A stretch of 63,285 nt of DNA, the filler included, from Octopus bimaculoides (lineage: Eukaryota), in NCBI RefSeq assembly GCF_001194135.2. It is 5 parts of 5 records of this genome, joined end to end, with 100 filler letters (N's around TTAATTAATTAA, not from the genome) between each part and the next. Parts side by side here need not be neighbours in the genome. Positions count along the whole stretch, not along the records: positions 1 to 20,391 come from NC_068985.1; positions 20,492 to 48,534 come from NC_069009.1; 3 more parts are not named here. The stretch is one strand, 5' to 3'. Position 1 is the first letter of the stretch, and each line of letters opens with the position of its first letter. The translations under genes and the position numbers were made by a program. This document shows positions 14,140 to 26,334 of this stretch, piece by piece. The notes beneath the pieces were generated by a model. That model was not told where the DNA came from, searched no databases, and saw nothing but the letters and a program-made list of their open reading frames with translations.

Positions 14140-15200
14140 TTTACAGGTAATAAAATTAAATTTACAGGTAATAAAATTAAATTAAGTTTCACAGTATAAA
14201 ATATATACATATATAGTTTTAGGGAAAAGAACCAAGTTTGAACTGTAGCAGCGTAGCGATGAGTATCGTTTTTAACTTTGTTAAATGACTTTATATCATT
14301 GTTTGAAAAAATATGTATTTTTATATTATTCAATTGATTTTTAATGATAATTTTGGTCGATACCTTTTTTAAAATTAAATTAATTAGTAGTAAGTTTATC
14401 ATCTTTTCCTAAACTAAGACTTCGATTTGATTAGGCTTGAATTTTTTCCATTAATACTGTTTAACGTTTCTTTTTATTTTATGGGATAAATAACTAGTCT
14501 TTTTAATTAATTTTATTTATTATACAATATCGTTAATTGTTTTGTTATGACTTAAGTTATATAAAGTTTAATCTTTCATTCATAATAACATTTTCATTCA
14601 TGTTTTTATATCTATTTATTCTATTCCTTTTCTTTACGCAATATGTTCACGAGACTTCTTTTAAATAAACGTTTTAGTCTAAAATATTTTAGTTTAAACT
14701 ATTGCATCGTTTAGATATGTGCTACTTCTATCTTTATTATTTTAACCCAAAACTTCGTTCAAATTGTATTTTAAACGAAAAATTCGTTAAAGTTGGTTTT
14801 TGCATATAATATTCCCGTTACCTTGTACTATAATGAACGTAGGATTGATTATGGAATATTTAAATTTTGATATTTTTAATAATATTTTTCTATCTTAATG
14901 TAATAAGTATTTTATATAATTCATTTGTTAATTATTGTTGGTGGATATATACAATCTTTTATTATTTTTATTGTTGTATTTTGACCTGAAGAGTAGCTAT
15001 ATTTTTGAATAGAATTGATTTTCGATAGTTTTAATCGATTTAAATGTTCTTTATATTTGAAAATTGGTTATGAAACACGTGTAGTTGTTTTATTATCATT
15101 TTCTTATCATATTTACTTTGTGTTATATTATACTTATTTATTGTGCTTTTACTTATTAATGTTTCTATATGTGAAAGTGGATTTTTATCGATGAGTTCAT
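14140..15200 (+). mobile_element. AT-rich Penelope-like terminal repeat (pLTR) remnant carrying a hammerhead
   Basis: 14790-15200 is the reverse complement of 23383-23810 and shares motifs with 62260-62560. The Penelope assignment is inferred from the hammerhead type. Confidence 0.5.
14983..15087 (+). ncRNA. Type I hammerhead ribozyme motif with ~80-nt stem II
   Basis: GAC/GTT stem I; CTGAAGA 14986-92; GTAGCT/GGTTAT (wobble-rich) stem II; GAAA 15072-75; palindromic C-ACGT-G stem III; GTA 15081-83. Confidence 0.55.
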
Positions 15201-15261
15201 GAAACTAGGTTCTTTTCCCTAAAACTATATATATAAATATATATATGTATATATATCTATA

Positions 15262-15310
<49 letters not shown>

Positions 15311-15326
15311 NNNNNNNNNNNNNNNN

Positions 15327-15379
<53 letters not shown>

Positions 15380-15391
15380 ATATACACACAC

Positions 15392-15428
<37 letters not shown>

Positions 15429-15439
15429 TATATACATTA

Positions 15440-15730
15440 CAACCTCAGTCCGACCAAAGCCTTGTGAGTGGATATCGTACACGGAAACTGAAAGAAGACT
15501 CGTATAAATGTGCATATTTTTCTGCGTCTGCCTGTGTTTGTACCCCCACCATTGCTTTGTTTACATTCGCATAGCCTAGCGGAGCGGTTTGGTAAAAAGA
15601 AGTAGGAGTAAGCCCTACAATAAGTGTTACGCTTACAAAGAACAAAATCTGGGAACGATTTTTTCGACTAAAGGCTGTACTCCACCATGGCCGTAGTCAC
15701 ATAACTGAGCCAAGTAAAACAATAAAAGAA
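15440..15730 (+). mobile_element. SINE-family fragments
   Basis: gaccaaagccttgtgagtggat and ttcgactaaaggc..ctccaccatggccg are shared with 26158-27150. Confidence 0.6.
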
Positions 15731-15773
15731 ACTATGCCATTTTAGTCCCGTGCAAAATATTGTGTCTCTGCTA

Positions 15774-15808
<35 letters not shown>

Positions 15809-16030
15809 ATACAGGGTGTTTATTCGCAAGTTACAACCGATCTGTAGACGCCACTATAGTTAATAAGGCTTCTACTTAACACCGGCTTTGTTAGAAATAA
15901 GAGTTAAAATTACTCTGAGCCATGATAAGCACTGACAAGGGAGATAATTGTTATTTTTTACTATTTATGAAATCACCGTGAGATTTCTACGTAAGTGTTA
16001 TAAATTGACAAGGCGCGCCAGTTTAAACCT

Positions 16031-16125
16031 AGACAGCCGGGTAAGAGCCACTGACGAGCATTAATCAAATTACGAAATCACTGATGATCTCCCTATGCCC
16101 CGGATGCTGTAGTGAGCCTGTCTCC
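16031..16125 (+). ncRNA. Hammerhead-like motif with intact core and imperfect stems
   Basis: CTGACGA 16051-57; GAAA 16074-77; stem III TCA/TGA with CTGA loop; ATC triplet ending at 16089. Distal pairings ccggg/cccgg and agacag/ctgtct; proximal stem I and stem II are mismatched. Confidence 0.4.
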
Positions 16126-17479
16126 CTTGTCAGACATAATTTAAGTGTGTTTTCATTGCTAAGAGTTCTTTTAACTCTTATTTCTAGCAATGCTGTTACT
16201 AACTAGTAGATATGTATATGTGTGTGTGTATGTATATGTGTGTGTATTATATGCGAGTGTGTGTGAGTGAGGAGAAGTAATGTATGTATAGTAAAGTATA
16301 AGCAGCGTACGATTGCTGAAGCCTACATTACTCTTTGGAACGTTCAACCTCTTGATACTAATCTTCTGATTTAAGAGAATTATAATTCCGCAGAATAAAA
16401 GTTTGCCATAAGAACTGCACAACTGGAGTATATAAATGAAAGGATGATAAAAGATGGAATAACATGTATATATGGCACATCATTTATGTCATTTATAAAA
16501 GATGTTCTAAATATTCGTAGATAAATACAGTTGGGGAAGCTTTTCCTTCGCCAATTACAATCTATGAAATTTGGCATACATTAAGTGAAATTGTAACATT
16601 ACTATTTGCTGGATTACACTCTGAAACAGATTTTACATTTATAGATGGAGACAGCCTTAACCAATTACACATCTCTTAAATTCCCTGATGATATAAGGCC
16701 TGAATTTGGTAGACGTGCAGCAGTTATGTGATATGGGGAAGCACAGAAGAAATGAAATTGAAATTTACATGCTGTTATTATCATTTGTTTATTTTATTTT
16801 ATTTTATTTCAACTGTGTATATATTATGGCCAAAAACGCTGCTGATACAATTCAGCCCAATTACTATAGTTCTAACAAAGAATGTTTTAAGTGCAAAAAG
16901 TTACGTTATGTTTCAAAGTAGATGGGTATTAGTCGTGCATGCACGCAGATTATATACATATTTACACATATATGCTCACAGATACAAACATGAAAGTATG
17001 CATATATTTATATATAAAAGCAATTGTGCGGATAAATATATTAAATGTATTAAATGTCATATACAAAATATGTATTAATGTATACATGCAAAACGAGAGA
17101 AAGCAAAAGGTGGAAACTTTCAGTGGTGAAATTTTATGCATAAATATATAGATATTTATATTAATAGTTCCAACTTACACAGAGTACAAACAACACATAA
17201 AATTAAGCGGGTAGAAGAAATGTGCTATAAGTCGAACAGCTGTTTTCGGGGGCTCGGTGATACATTACAATGTTGGTAGATTTAGTACATCACAATATCC
17301 TGCGTATGGATGGAGTTAACATTGGATGAAATGAGGGTTCCAAGGACTACAAGGCCTGTCTTTGGAACCTGCAATTAGTTATATTGCACCCTAACTTAAG
17401 CCATCTACTGCCAATAATACAACGCTCAGTAGCCGAACTCCAGTAAATAATAACATACTCAAGGCATCTTCCCACAATA

Positions 17480-18050
17480 TTACCCATATGACCGCATATA
17501 CTGGCAGCGATACATTCTTTCAATCCAACACTGATACTTATTGTACTTCAAGTACTTCTTCACTAATAACAGACTACTGGAATTCGACCACTCCAGCAGT
17601 GAGCCCCAACCGCAAACTTCAACTGCTGAGCAGGAAGGAGAACTCGCAATTGTCAGCTTTCTCATCTCTGCCCTCTTGGAGGTTTCTGCCTGCCTTAAGA
17701 TGTAATCTACAAGTGCCGTATTATAAAAAGCACGCTCTCAGTAAGCAAGGGTTTAATTCAGCTGATCCCAAGCGCCGCTAACGTGCACTCATGAAAACTT
17801 TGTCCAATTCAAGTTCTAAATTATCTACCTCGATAGCAATTTATATTCACAACCTCAAATCACAAAATTTCCCTATACTGTATCCTATTCAATCGTGAGG
17901 CTCCCCCGTACAACGCAAACATCGGTATGTGTGAATTATGCTTAATCAACCTTCACCACCACAACCCCTTAATACTTGATAGATTCTCAGCTGTATTACT
18001 GTCATGTAAACACGTTCTGCTCCACATTTTCCTATTTTACTAAATCTATG
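17480..18050 (+). mobile_element. Degenerate Penelope linker + GIY-YIG region
   Basis: Across frameshifts: NCQLSHLCPLGGFCL*DVIYKC, STSIAIYIHNLKSQN, PPYNANIGMCELCL. Confidence 0.7.
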
Positions 18051-18089
18051 TAATCCCATAACTATAAGTATCCTTAACTAAAATTATCC

Positions 18090-18720
18090 TTGAGGTATGA
18101 TAAAGTCGCTTCAACTTATATCATCCTTCTTTGAAACTATTCTTTCTCATTTTTTTACCTTTGCAAATTCCTCCAACCCACTAGATCCAATCTCCTTCAT
18201 AGCCTCACAAGTGGAATTTTTTCCGTTCTCTCCTTTCTTCTCCTCAACCAAAGCCACTTAATACTTCCCCGCTCATTTGGATACTAACTCTGTTTTCCTC
18301 TATTCAATTTCATACACCTCTGCGTAACTAAGTACTCCCCCTCCAATACCAATTCACATTCTGTATTCCACTAACTATTGCTCTTTTGACCACCAACGTA
18401 TCCTTCTAGCCACTCCTTCTTTCTTCTCTCATACCTTTCTACACACCTTAGTAATCTCCCTCTGCCACTGAACTAGACGTTTTACTTCCCTCAAATAATT
18501 AACATTCATATTCTCACTGTCTCAGCTTCGAATAATTCTATAGCTATTATCCCTCAACTTTAAGAAATTCAACACAATAGACTAGCATTCAAATACTATC
18601 TACCCTATCTTCCTATTCAACTTCCTACTCTGCACCTCTCAACTATTACTTCCCTTAATACAGTCATTATTAACGCTCACTCCTCTAGAATTATCTTTTC
18701 TCCTTTCACCATTCCCAGTC
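18090..18720 (-). mobile_element. Decayed LINE ORF2 fragment (pre-RT region)
   Basis: CEAMKEIGSSGLEEF resembles the pre-RT E..K.G..G...L motif; many stops. Confidence 0.4.
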
Positions 18721-18769
18721 TTAACGCCCTCAGTTCCCTCTCTTATACAGCTAGCTCTTCACATTTAAT

Positions 18770-19050
18770 CATTAATTTTAAACAGAGATATTCGGCGTAT
18801 ATAAACTCATTTAAGTGTGAGAAGCATAGCAAATCACCCATCCTAGCGAAACATATACACCATATAATAAAAAGAAAGGTACCATATAGGATGTCATGTA
18901 CCATATAGATTCTTGGGTCCCATACCAAGGCCAACGATCCACTTCTGGACTATTCGCAAACGAAACCTTCCAGATATTAATACATAACTCACCATAATTA
19001 CTAAATAAGCAACAGGAACCTTTTTTCTACTTTTTGTCATAGGTTCTATC
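18770..19050 (+). mobile_element. Degenerate Penelope GIY-YIG C-terminal region
   Basis: FKQRYSAYINSFKCEKHSKSPILAKHIH..KVPYRMS, then PYQG...ETFQIL..LNKQQE..FCHR. Confidence 0.7.
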
Positions 19051-19139
19051 ACACCTTTAAATTCTTCCATAGATCCTAATGTAAAGAAAATCAACACACG
19101 TAACACATCCCTCCCTGGTCGTTACAATATATCTATATG

Positions 19140-19174
<35 letters not shown>

Positions 19175-19268
19175 CTATCTATCTATATAGTGAGAATTTA
19201 CAAAAAGAACAGTCGAACACGGGTGTGTAAACAACAAACAAATGTATTAGTTTGTGTGTGTATGTCTA

Positions 19269-19314
<46 letters not shown>

Positions 19315-20162
19315 TACATATATAAATATATATGTGGGGGGGTATATATGTACCCTTATGCGTGAATATGTATGTGTGTTTGTGTATGTACGTATATGTA
19401 TGTATGTGTATATATAATATGTGTGTGTGTGTGTACGCTTTCTTCTTTTTCCTCTACTTCTCTATCAACATATACGTATCTTAGAAGCTAGCTAGTTTCA
19501 ATTCAATAATTTTTAATTTTTGTAGTTTTTTAGGTTTTATTTTTCTTAGTTTGTAATTCTAGGCTTTAAGTTTTCATTTTAAATTTAAATTTTAAGTTTT
19601 AACTTCAATTCTTAATCGTTTGTCTCGTATTATTTAATTGCTATTAAGCTTGAAATATAATTCGAAATATCCTTACAAACCACTATACTGCTGTTTTTTG
19701 CTACCTTACCTAGATTGGCCTAACACTCCCACTTTACTGAAACCTTAACTTCTGATTTCTCACCCCGATGCAATATCTTTTATTCCATCCTTAAAATTTT
19801 TATTGTTATTTTTACCCCTTTACTCCTATCTTATTTTCATTCCTTTCTTCCTCCCTCTCCCTGTTTCTCTTCTCTTTCCTATATTCACCCACTCACAAAA
19901 CCCATTTATGTCTATATTACTACCTCGCTCTAGATACACATTTACAATATCTATACATCATTGAAAATACTGCCAAAATATGCCACCTGGATTTACTTAC
20001 GATTTTAACTAAGGACCTGTACCGGGAAAAAGATGAGTTGTGAACATTATTCTCCTGCCTATATTATTCTACCTAGATTTACTCTTTATTCTTCTATTTA
20101 CTCCTTTATTCGTTAATTTTCTTCCTTACAAACTGTAAATTTTCCCTGTCTAAAGTATGGAT

Positions 20163-20245
20163 GCTAGGTCTCTGATGACGGATTAACCAGTGCGTGGACA
20201 TACTAAACCACTGCTTGGGTTATCCCAGAAACGGCTGTAATTTAC
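20163..20245 (+). mobile_element. Penelope-type pLTR remnant with degenerate hammerhead
   Basis: CTGATGA 20172-78, long ggattaacc/ggttatcc stem, GAAA-CGGCTG-TA; the closing pair of stem II and stem I are mismatched. Confidence 0.4.
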
Positions 20246-20806
20246 CCTAATTAAATTATTCTAAATATGACTTGAGATACTCGTTCTGCCTTCATTTTGA
20301 TTATTCCTCTAGTATAATATATGCCTGCTATAACGGAACATCACAAGTAAACTAAACCTCTCGTACTCTCTCTCTCTCCCTGTATATATATNNNNNNNNN
20401 NNNNNNNNNNNNNNNNNNNNNNNNNNNNNNNNNNNTTAATTAATTAANNNNNNNNNNNNNNNNNNNNNNNNNNNNNNNNNNNNNNNNNNNNGAAATTAAA
20501 GAATGTAACGGAACGCTGAACTCCAGACTATCAACTTAAACAACATTTATTCAGGTGGTAAATATATACATCTTTAGCTCTTGTTGTTACAGCTTCTGTG
20601 TGTGTGAGCATAGTTGTTGGGACGTTGTTATGTAGATGTGAGCGAGCTGTCGAGTGTAAGTCCGAAAGATGGAGAGTGACAGCTATACACGTAAAGAGAC
20701 TGTCTCCAGGCTGGAATGTTGGAGACACTGCTTGACACGTCCATGCTCATGGTCGGCCGACCGAGAAAGAGATAGAATTAAGCGGGAAAGCTTGCTTGTT
20801 TAAATC

Positions 20807-20834
20807 CACGCATGCGTGAGACTACGCATGCGCA
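20807..20834. promoter_or_regulatory. Two NRF1-like CGCATGCG palindromes at the edge of a CpG-rich block
   Basis: cacgcatgcgtg 20807-18 and tacgcatgcgca 20823-34; no transcript evidence. Confidence 0.3.
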
Positions 20835-22475
20835 CGGCGTTACTACAAAGGCGTCAAGTGTTTCATGTGGTGATCGTAATATTTGTTTCTTTTTATTTAG
20901 CTGAAATCCATCTCGATGATCTTGGGAGTCGGACTTACTCTCGGCATTTACCCACAGTTCCCTTAACTCGCCCACTCTGGTGTCGTGTCACACAGCACCG
21001 GGTAGCTGCTACTGCTGCAGCAGAAGTCACTTTGCGCATAACACAGACACTTGCGCTCGATCTGGCGATTCTTCTCCGCAGCTGCTGCGAATCTTCGATT
21101 CGGTGACGTAACACGCAGCACTTCAATATGTGTTCGATACACTCTTGCTGTTTACCTGCGTTTCGCACCATTCGCCCACTCCGACGTCGCGAGACGGTTC
21201 ATTGCGCGTTTGCTGCAGCAGCAGCAGAAATCCCTTGGTGCATAGCACACGGACACACACGATCGCGATCGATCCAGCGCTTTGTCTTAGCCACTGCAGC
21301 AAAGCTTCGTTTCGGCGGCACAATACGCAGTATTCACGCCGTTTACCCGCGAACTTTCTACTAGTTCACTCTCATGTCAGTAGAGATAGAATTTAGTGGC
21401 CGCTGCAGCAGCGAAAATCCCTTGGTACATAACGCACGGACGCACCACACACTTGCGCTCGATCCGGGTGCGCCTGCGGCGAAGCGACGCTCTAATCGTC
21501 TATTCTAAAGTCGTGCGACAGCGCACTGGGCGGATCCTCGAGCAGAAGAGATCACTTGAAGCATTCGATCTGATGCCATATTTTAGTGGCTGCAGAGAAG
21601 GTTCGTTTCGACGGCTCAATATGGGGCACTAAAATGTGTCGGATTTACGTCCGCTGTTTATAAGCATTTAGTCGGAGTCTATCAATGAGATGTTGCCAGG
21701 CAGAGTAATACCCAACTGCAATCGCAGCAGAAGTCACTTGGCACATAACACTCGGACACACACACACACACACACACACANNNNNNNNNNNNNNNNNNNN
21801 NNNNNNNNNNNNNNNNNNNNNNNNNNNNNNNNNNNNNNNNNNNNNNNNNNNNNNNNNNNNNNNNNNNNNNNNNNNNNNNNACACCACCACCCACTCACCA
21901 GCACTGACCAATTCCCATCCCCACACTTTCACACCTACATACACACATGCATGCGTTAAGATCACGAGCATTCTCTCACACACACGCACCTTCGTTTTGG
22001 GATCACTACTTCTTTGTTATCTCCCCTTCTTAACTCTCCTGTGTGATCCTTCTGTCCGGCATTCGCCATGATAGATCGCCACCACTACACATATATTTTT
22101 TTCTCTTCTTGTTTCTCTCCTTGTTTCTTTCTGTGTTCCTTTCTGTTGAAGAGCGTAGGCTCGAAACCTTAAAGACTTTCAGGACAACAACCAGTGCATG
22201 GCTGCATTCAATATTCATGCATTGTCCTCTTTGTAGTGCACAGGCACAGGTTTATCTTTGCAGTTTTCTGGCCAAATATCAATCAGAAAATAGAAATTAT
22301 ATTTTTAAGAAATAAAAAAAATTTATAGAGCAGTTTTGTACTTTTATCATTTCTTATGTGAGATTTAGTTGTGATTTCTAGCATGTCCAGTCACAATAGA
22401 GGCTGTGTGACGATTGCAGGGTAGAGTGAAGCTAAAGATTAAGAATCGGGAGTGTAAAAAACACGAAATTGTTAG

Positions 22476-22760
22476 ATGTCAAACGAAAAACGAATCAGTG
22501 ATGTGGAGAGATGTTCAATAGCTTTTAAGCAACTAACCCCGAATGGGAAGATCTGCAAAGAGACCTCTGACTTGCTTTGGAGAATTTGTTGCAATTCCTT
22601 CCTCCAGAGTCATATCCCAATCATGATCATATACATCGCAAAAGAATCAAGAAAAACGAAAACAATCATAGCAATTAAGACTTGGGAGGCCAAACTTTCA
22701 AAATTGCGGGTCCGGATTCGGCCTAGAATGTTTTTAATTTACTTGCGGAGTCAGCCTGAT
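22476..22760 (+). mobile_element. Possible Tc1-like transposase N-terminal remnant
   Basis: MSNEKRISDVERCSIAFK resembles Tc1 N-termini; the rest is poorly matched. Confidence 0.3.
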
Positions 22761-23382
22761 TCCAAAATGGTATGATATGTTGGGCTACGGCCTCTAAGAG
22801 TAAAGTCGAAGAAGTGTGACACATTGACACTCACATTTATTATATTAGATATGTTTAATTTTGGGGAAACTTATTTCATTGAAGTGTATTATATATATAT
22901 ATATATATATATATNNNNNNNNNNNNNNNNNNNNNNNNNNNNNNNNNNNNNNNNNNNNNNNNNNNNNNNNNNNNNNNNNNNNNNNNNNNNNNNNNNNNNN
23001 NNNNNNNNNNNNNNNNNNNNNNNNNNNNNNNNNNNNNNNNNNNNNNNNNNNNNNNNNNNNNNNNNNNNNNNNNNNNNNNNNNNNNNNNNNNNNNNNNNNN
23101 NNNNNNNNNNNNNNNNNNNNNNNNNNNNNNNNNNNNNNNNNNNNNNNNNNNNNNNNNNNNNNNNNNNNNNNNNNNNNNNNNNNNNNNNNNNNNNNNNNNN
23201 NNNNNNNNNNNNNNNNNNNNNNNNNNNNNNNNNNNNNNNNNNNNNNNNNNNNNNNNNNNNNNNNNNNNNNNNNNNNNNNNNNNNNNNNNNNNNNNNNNNN
23301 NNNNNNNNNNNNNNNNNNNNNNNNNNNNNNNNNNNNNNNNNNNNNNNNNNNNNNNNNNNNNNNNNNNNNNNNNNNNNNNNNN

Positions 23383-23582
23383 NATAGAAAAATTAATAAG
23401 TAAAAGCACGATAAATAAGTATAATATAATACAAAGTAAATATCATAAGATAATGATAATAAAATGATAACACGTGTTTCATAACCAATTTTCAAATAGA
23501 AAGAATATTTAAATCGATTAAAACTATCGAAAATCAATTCTATTCAAAAATATAGCTAATCTTCAGGTCAAAATACAACAAC

Positions 23583-23641
<59 letters not shown>

Positions 23642-23810
23642 TGTACATATCAACCAACAATAAATAACAAACGAATGTATATAAAATGCTTATTATATTA
23701 AGATAGAAAAATATTATTAAAACTATCAAAATTATAAACGTTCCATAATTAACTTTACGTTTATCTTAATTATAAGCTAACAAGAATATTATATGCAAAA
23801 ACTAATAATA
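23383..23810 (-). mobile_element. Inverted second copy of the 14790-15200 repeat, hammerhead damaged
   Basis: Direct sequence similarity. A deletion after GAAACACGTG removes the 3' strand of stem I. Confidence 0.7.
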
Positions 23811-24234
23811 TATGCGTGTATATGTATATGTATACATGTACACACACACACATGTATGTATAAAAACAAAAGTGATAATTAATTTTAGGGCTTATAAATC
23901 TAATATATATTTTTTTTTTTTCTATACTTCCTACCAAAAATAATAGTGTTCAGTATGTTGGTCACAGGAATTTATGTCCAGGAAAGTTGTACATCATCTC
24001 CCTCTTTCTCTCACATGCCCTCTCTCTCTATCTCTCTCTCTCTTATCATTACTCCCACTACCATCATCATCACAACTACTTTTAATAAAACATCAACTCA
24101 CCCTAAATTTCTTTGTTTCTCTTCCTCTCCCTCTCTTTTTCTTTCTTTCTCTGTGTCTTCGCCCCCACCCTCACCCTCTCTATGCTTATTATTACTCTCA
24201 CTCCAGTACGAGGAAGTGTCACTGAATAGTGAGA

Positions 24235-24298
24235 GGGGGGTGTCAAAGTGTGACACACTGACACACAGAAATTAGTTTGCGCATTTATTATATTAGAT
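24235..24298 (-). mobile_element. Helitron-like 5' end (related copy at ~22810-22850)
   Basis: Minus strand reads atctaatataataaatg...tgtgtcagtgtgtcacactt, i.e. an A|TC start; the motif is repeated at ~22810-22850. Confidence 0.4.
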
Positions 24299-24775
24299 GT
24301 GTTATAAACACTTTGATATATTATCTATAATATAATGATTGAAGAAATGCAGGACTGTGTCCAGCTTTTTTTGCCCCATGTTATATTGCTTTGAAGCAAT
24401 TATAAATGAATATTTAAAAAAAAAAAAATTTAATTGTATATTGAACATAAATTATAAATCTCAATATTACAAGATTCGCTTCTGTTTTAAATGTCAACAA
24501 CTGCAGCGAGGTGAAGTTTTGTCAATGAACAGGTCGCGGTTTCAAAGCGACGAAAATATTTTGACACAAATGAAATTTAAATGTTGAAATGAAACTAACG
24601 GTTTTTGTGTGTTCTTGAATGGCTTACAAATATCTTCCATGCTGCAATTGTTTTTCTTTCAGCACACTATCTCAGATCAAGTCACTTGCTATGCAAGTGC
24701 ATCTCCGTCAAAAACTGTAAAAATAAAAAACAATCTTTCTATCTAACTATCTATAACATAATAATTAAAGAAGTG

Positions 24776-25860
24776 CAGGACCGTGTCCAGTTTGTTTCCC
24801 CCACCCCAACAGGACCGTATCCAGTTTGTTTCCCTCACCCCAGCAGGACCGTGTCCAGTTTGTTTCCCNNNNNNNNNNNNNNNNNNNNNNNNNNNNNNNN
24901 NNNNNNNNNNNNNNNNNNNNNNNNNNNNNNNNNNNNNNNNNNNNNNNNNNNNNNNNNNNNNNNNNNNNNNNNNNNNNNNNNNNNNNNNNNNNNNNNNNNN
25001 NNNNNNNNNNNNNNNNNNNNNNNNNNNNNNNNNNNNNNNNNNNNNNNNNNNNNNNNNNNNNNNNNNNNNNNNNNNNNNNNNNNNNNNNNNNNNNNNNNNN
25101 NNNNNNNNNNNNNNNNNNNNNNNNNNNNNNNNNNNNNNNNNNNNNNNNNNNNNNNNNNNNNNNNNNNNNNNNNNNNNNNNNNNNNNNNNNNNNNNNNNNN
25201 NNNNNNNNNNNNNNNNNNNNNNNNNNNNNNNNNNNNNNNNNNNNNNNNNNNNNNNNNNNNNNNNNNNNNNNNNNNNNNNNNNNNNNNNNNNNNNNNNNNN
25301 NNNNNNNNNNNNNNNNNNNNNNNNNNNNNNNNNNNNNNNNNNNNNNNNNNNNNNNNNNNNNNNNNNNNNNNNNNNNNNNNNNNNNNNNNNNNNNNNNNNN
25401 NNNNNNNNNNNNNNNNNNNNNNNNNNNNNNNNNNNNNNNNNNNNNNNNNNNNNNNNNNNNNNNNNNNNNNNNNNNNNNNNNNNNNNNNNNNNNNNNNNNN
25501 NNNNNNNNNNNNNNNNNNNNNNNNNNNNNNNNNNNNNNNNNNNNNNNNNNNNNNNNNNNNNNNNNNNNNNNNNNNNNNNNNNNNNNNNNNNNNNNNNNNN
25601 NNNNNNNNNNNNNNNNNNNNNNNNNNNNNNNNNNNNNNNNNNNNNNNNNNNNNNNNNNNNNNNNNNNGTCCAGTTTGTTTCCCTCGCCCCAGCAGGACCG
25701 TGTCCAGTTTGTTTCCCCCACCCCAACAGGACCGTATCCAGTTTGTTTCCCTCACCCCAGCAGGACCGTGTCCAGTTTGTTTCCCTCACCCCAGCAGGAC
25801 CGTGTCCAGTTTGTTTCCCCCGCCCCAACAGGACCGTGTCCAGTTTGTTTCCCTCACCTC
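24776..25860 (+). repeat. 34-bp minisatellite (caggaccgtgtccagtttgtttccctcaccccag), spanning an N gap
   Basis: Units start at 24776, 24810 and 24844 and resume after the gap to ~25860. Confidence 0.95.
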
Positions 25861-26157
25861 AACGTTATTAAAAAGAGTCGTATTTGATGAAATTATAAAT
25901 GAATATTAATCATGGATTATTTTACTAATTACAGAATAAATTATAACAGAATCTTTGTTCAATTCATGGGCATAGTCAATATATTTTATAATTTATGTAT
26001 CATATCTATATGTATATATCATATCAATATGCTAGCAGAAAACCGCTGGGGTGGGGGACCTTTTCCTGCTAGTTTAGTGATTTGTAGGAATGTGGCATTT
26101 CATTATGCAACCATAATATGCTATAAAATATATCAAATGTTTTTTTTTATATATATA

Positions 26158-26310
26158 GGTGCAGGAGTGGCTGTGTGGTAAGAAGCTTGCCTCCCAAGAA
26201 GATGGTCCCACCGAATGGCACCTTCTGCAAGTGTCTTCTCCTATAGCCTCGGGCCGACCAAAGCCTTGTGACTGAATTTGGTAGGCGGAAACTGAAGGAA
26301 TCCGATCGTG
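26158..26310 (+). mobile_element. tRNA-derived SINE
   Basis: A-box-like gtggctgtgtggtaag head and gaccaaagccttgtg..cggaaactgaag body. Confidence 0.7.
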
Positions 26311-26334
26311 TATATATATATATATATATATATT

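Noticed and set aside
20436-20447. TTAATTAATTAA embedded in N runs (also ~48579, ~51989, ~62203)
   Set aside because: An identical all-frame-stop 12-mer centred in ~100-N gaps is a scaffolding spacer, not biology.
24776-25860. CRISPR-like periodicity of the 34-bp repeat
   Set aside because: Head-to-tail units without unique spacers, in a eukaryotic context with no cas genes.
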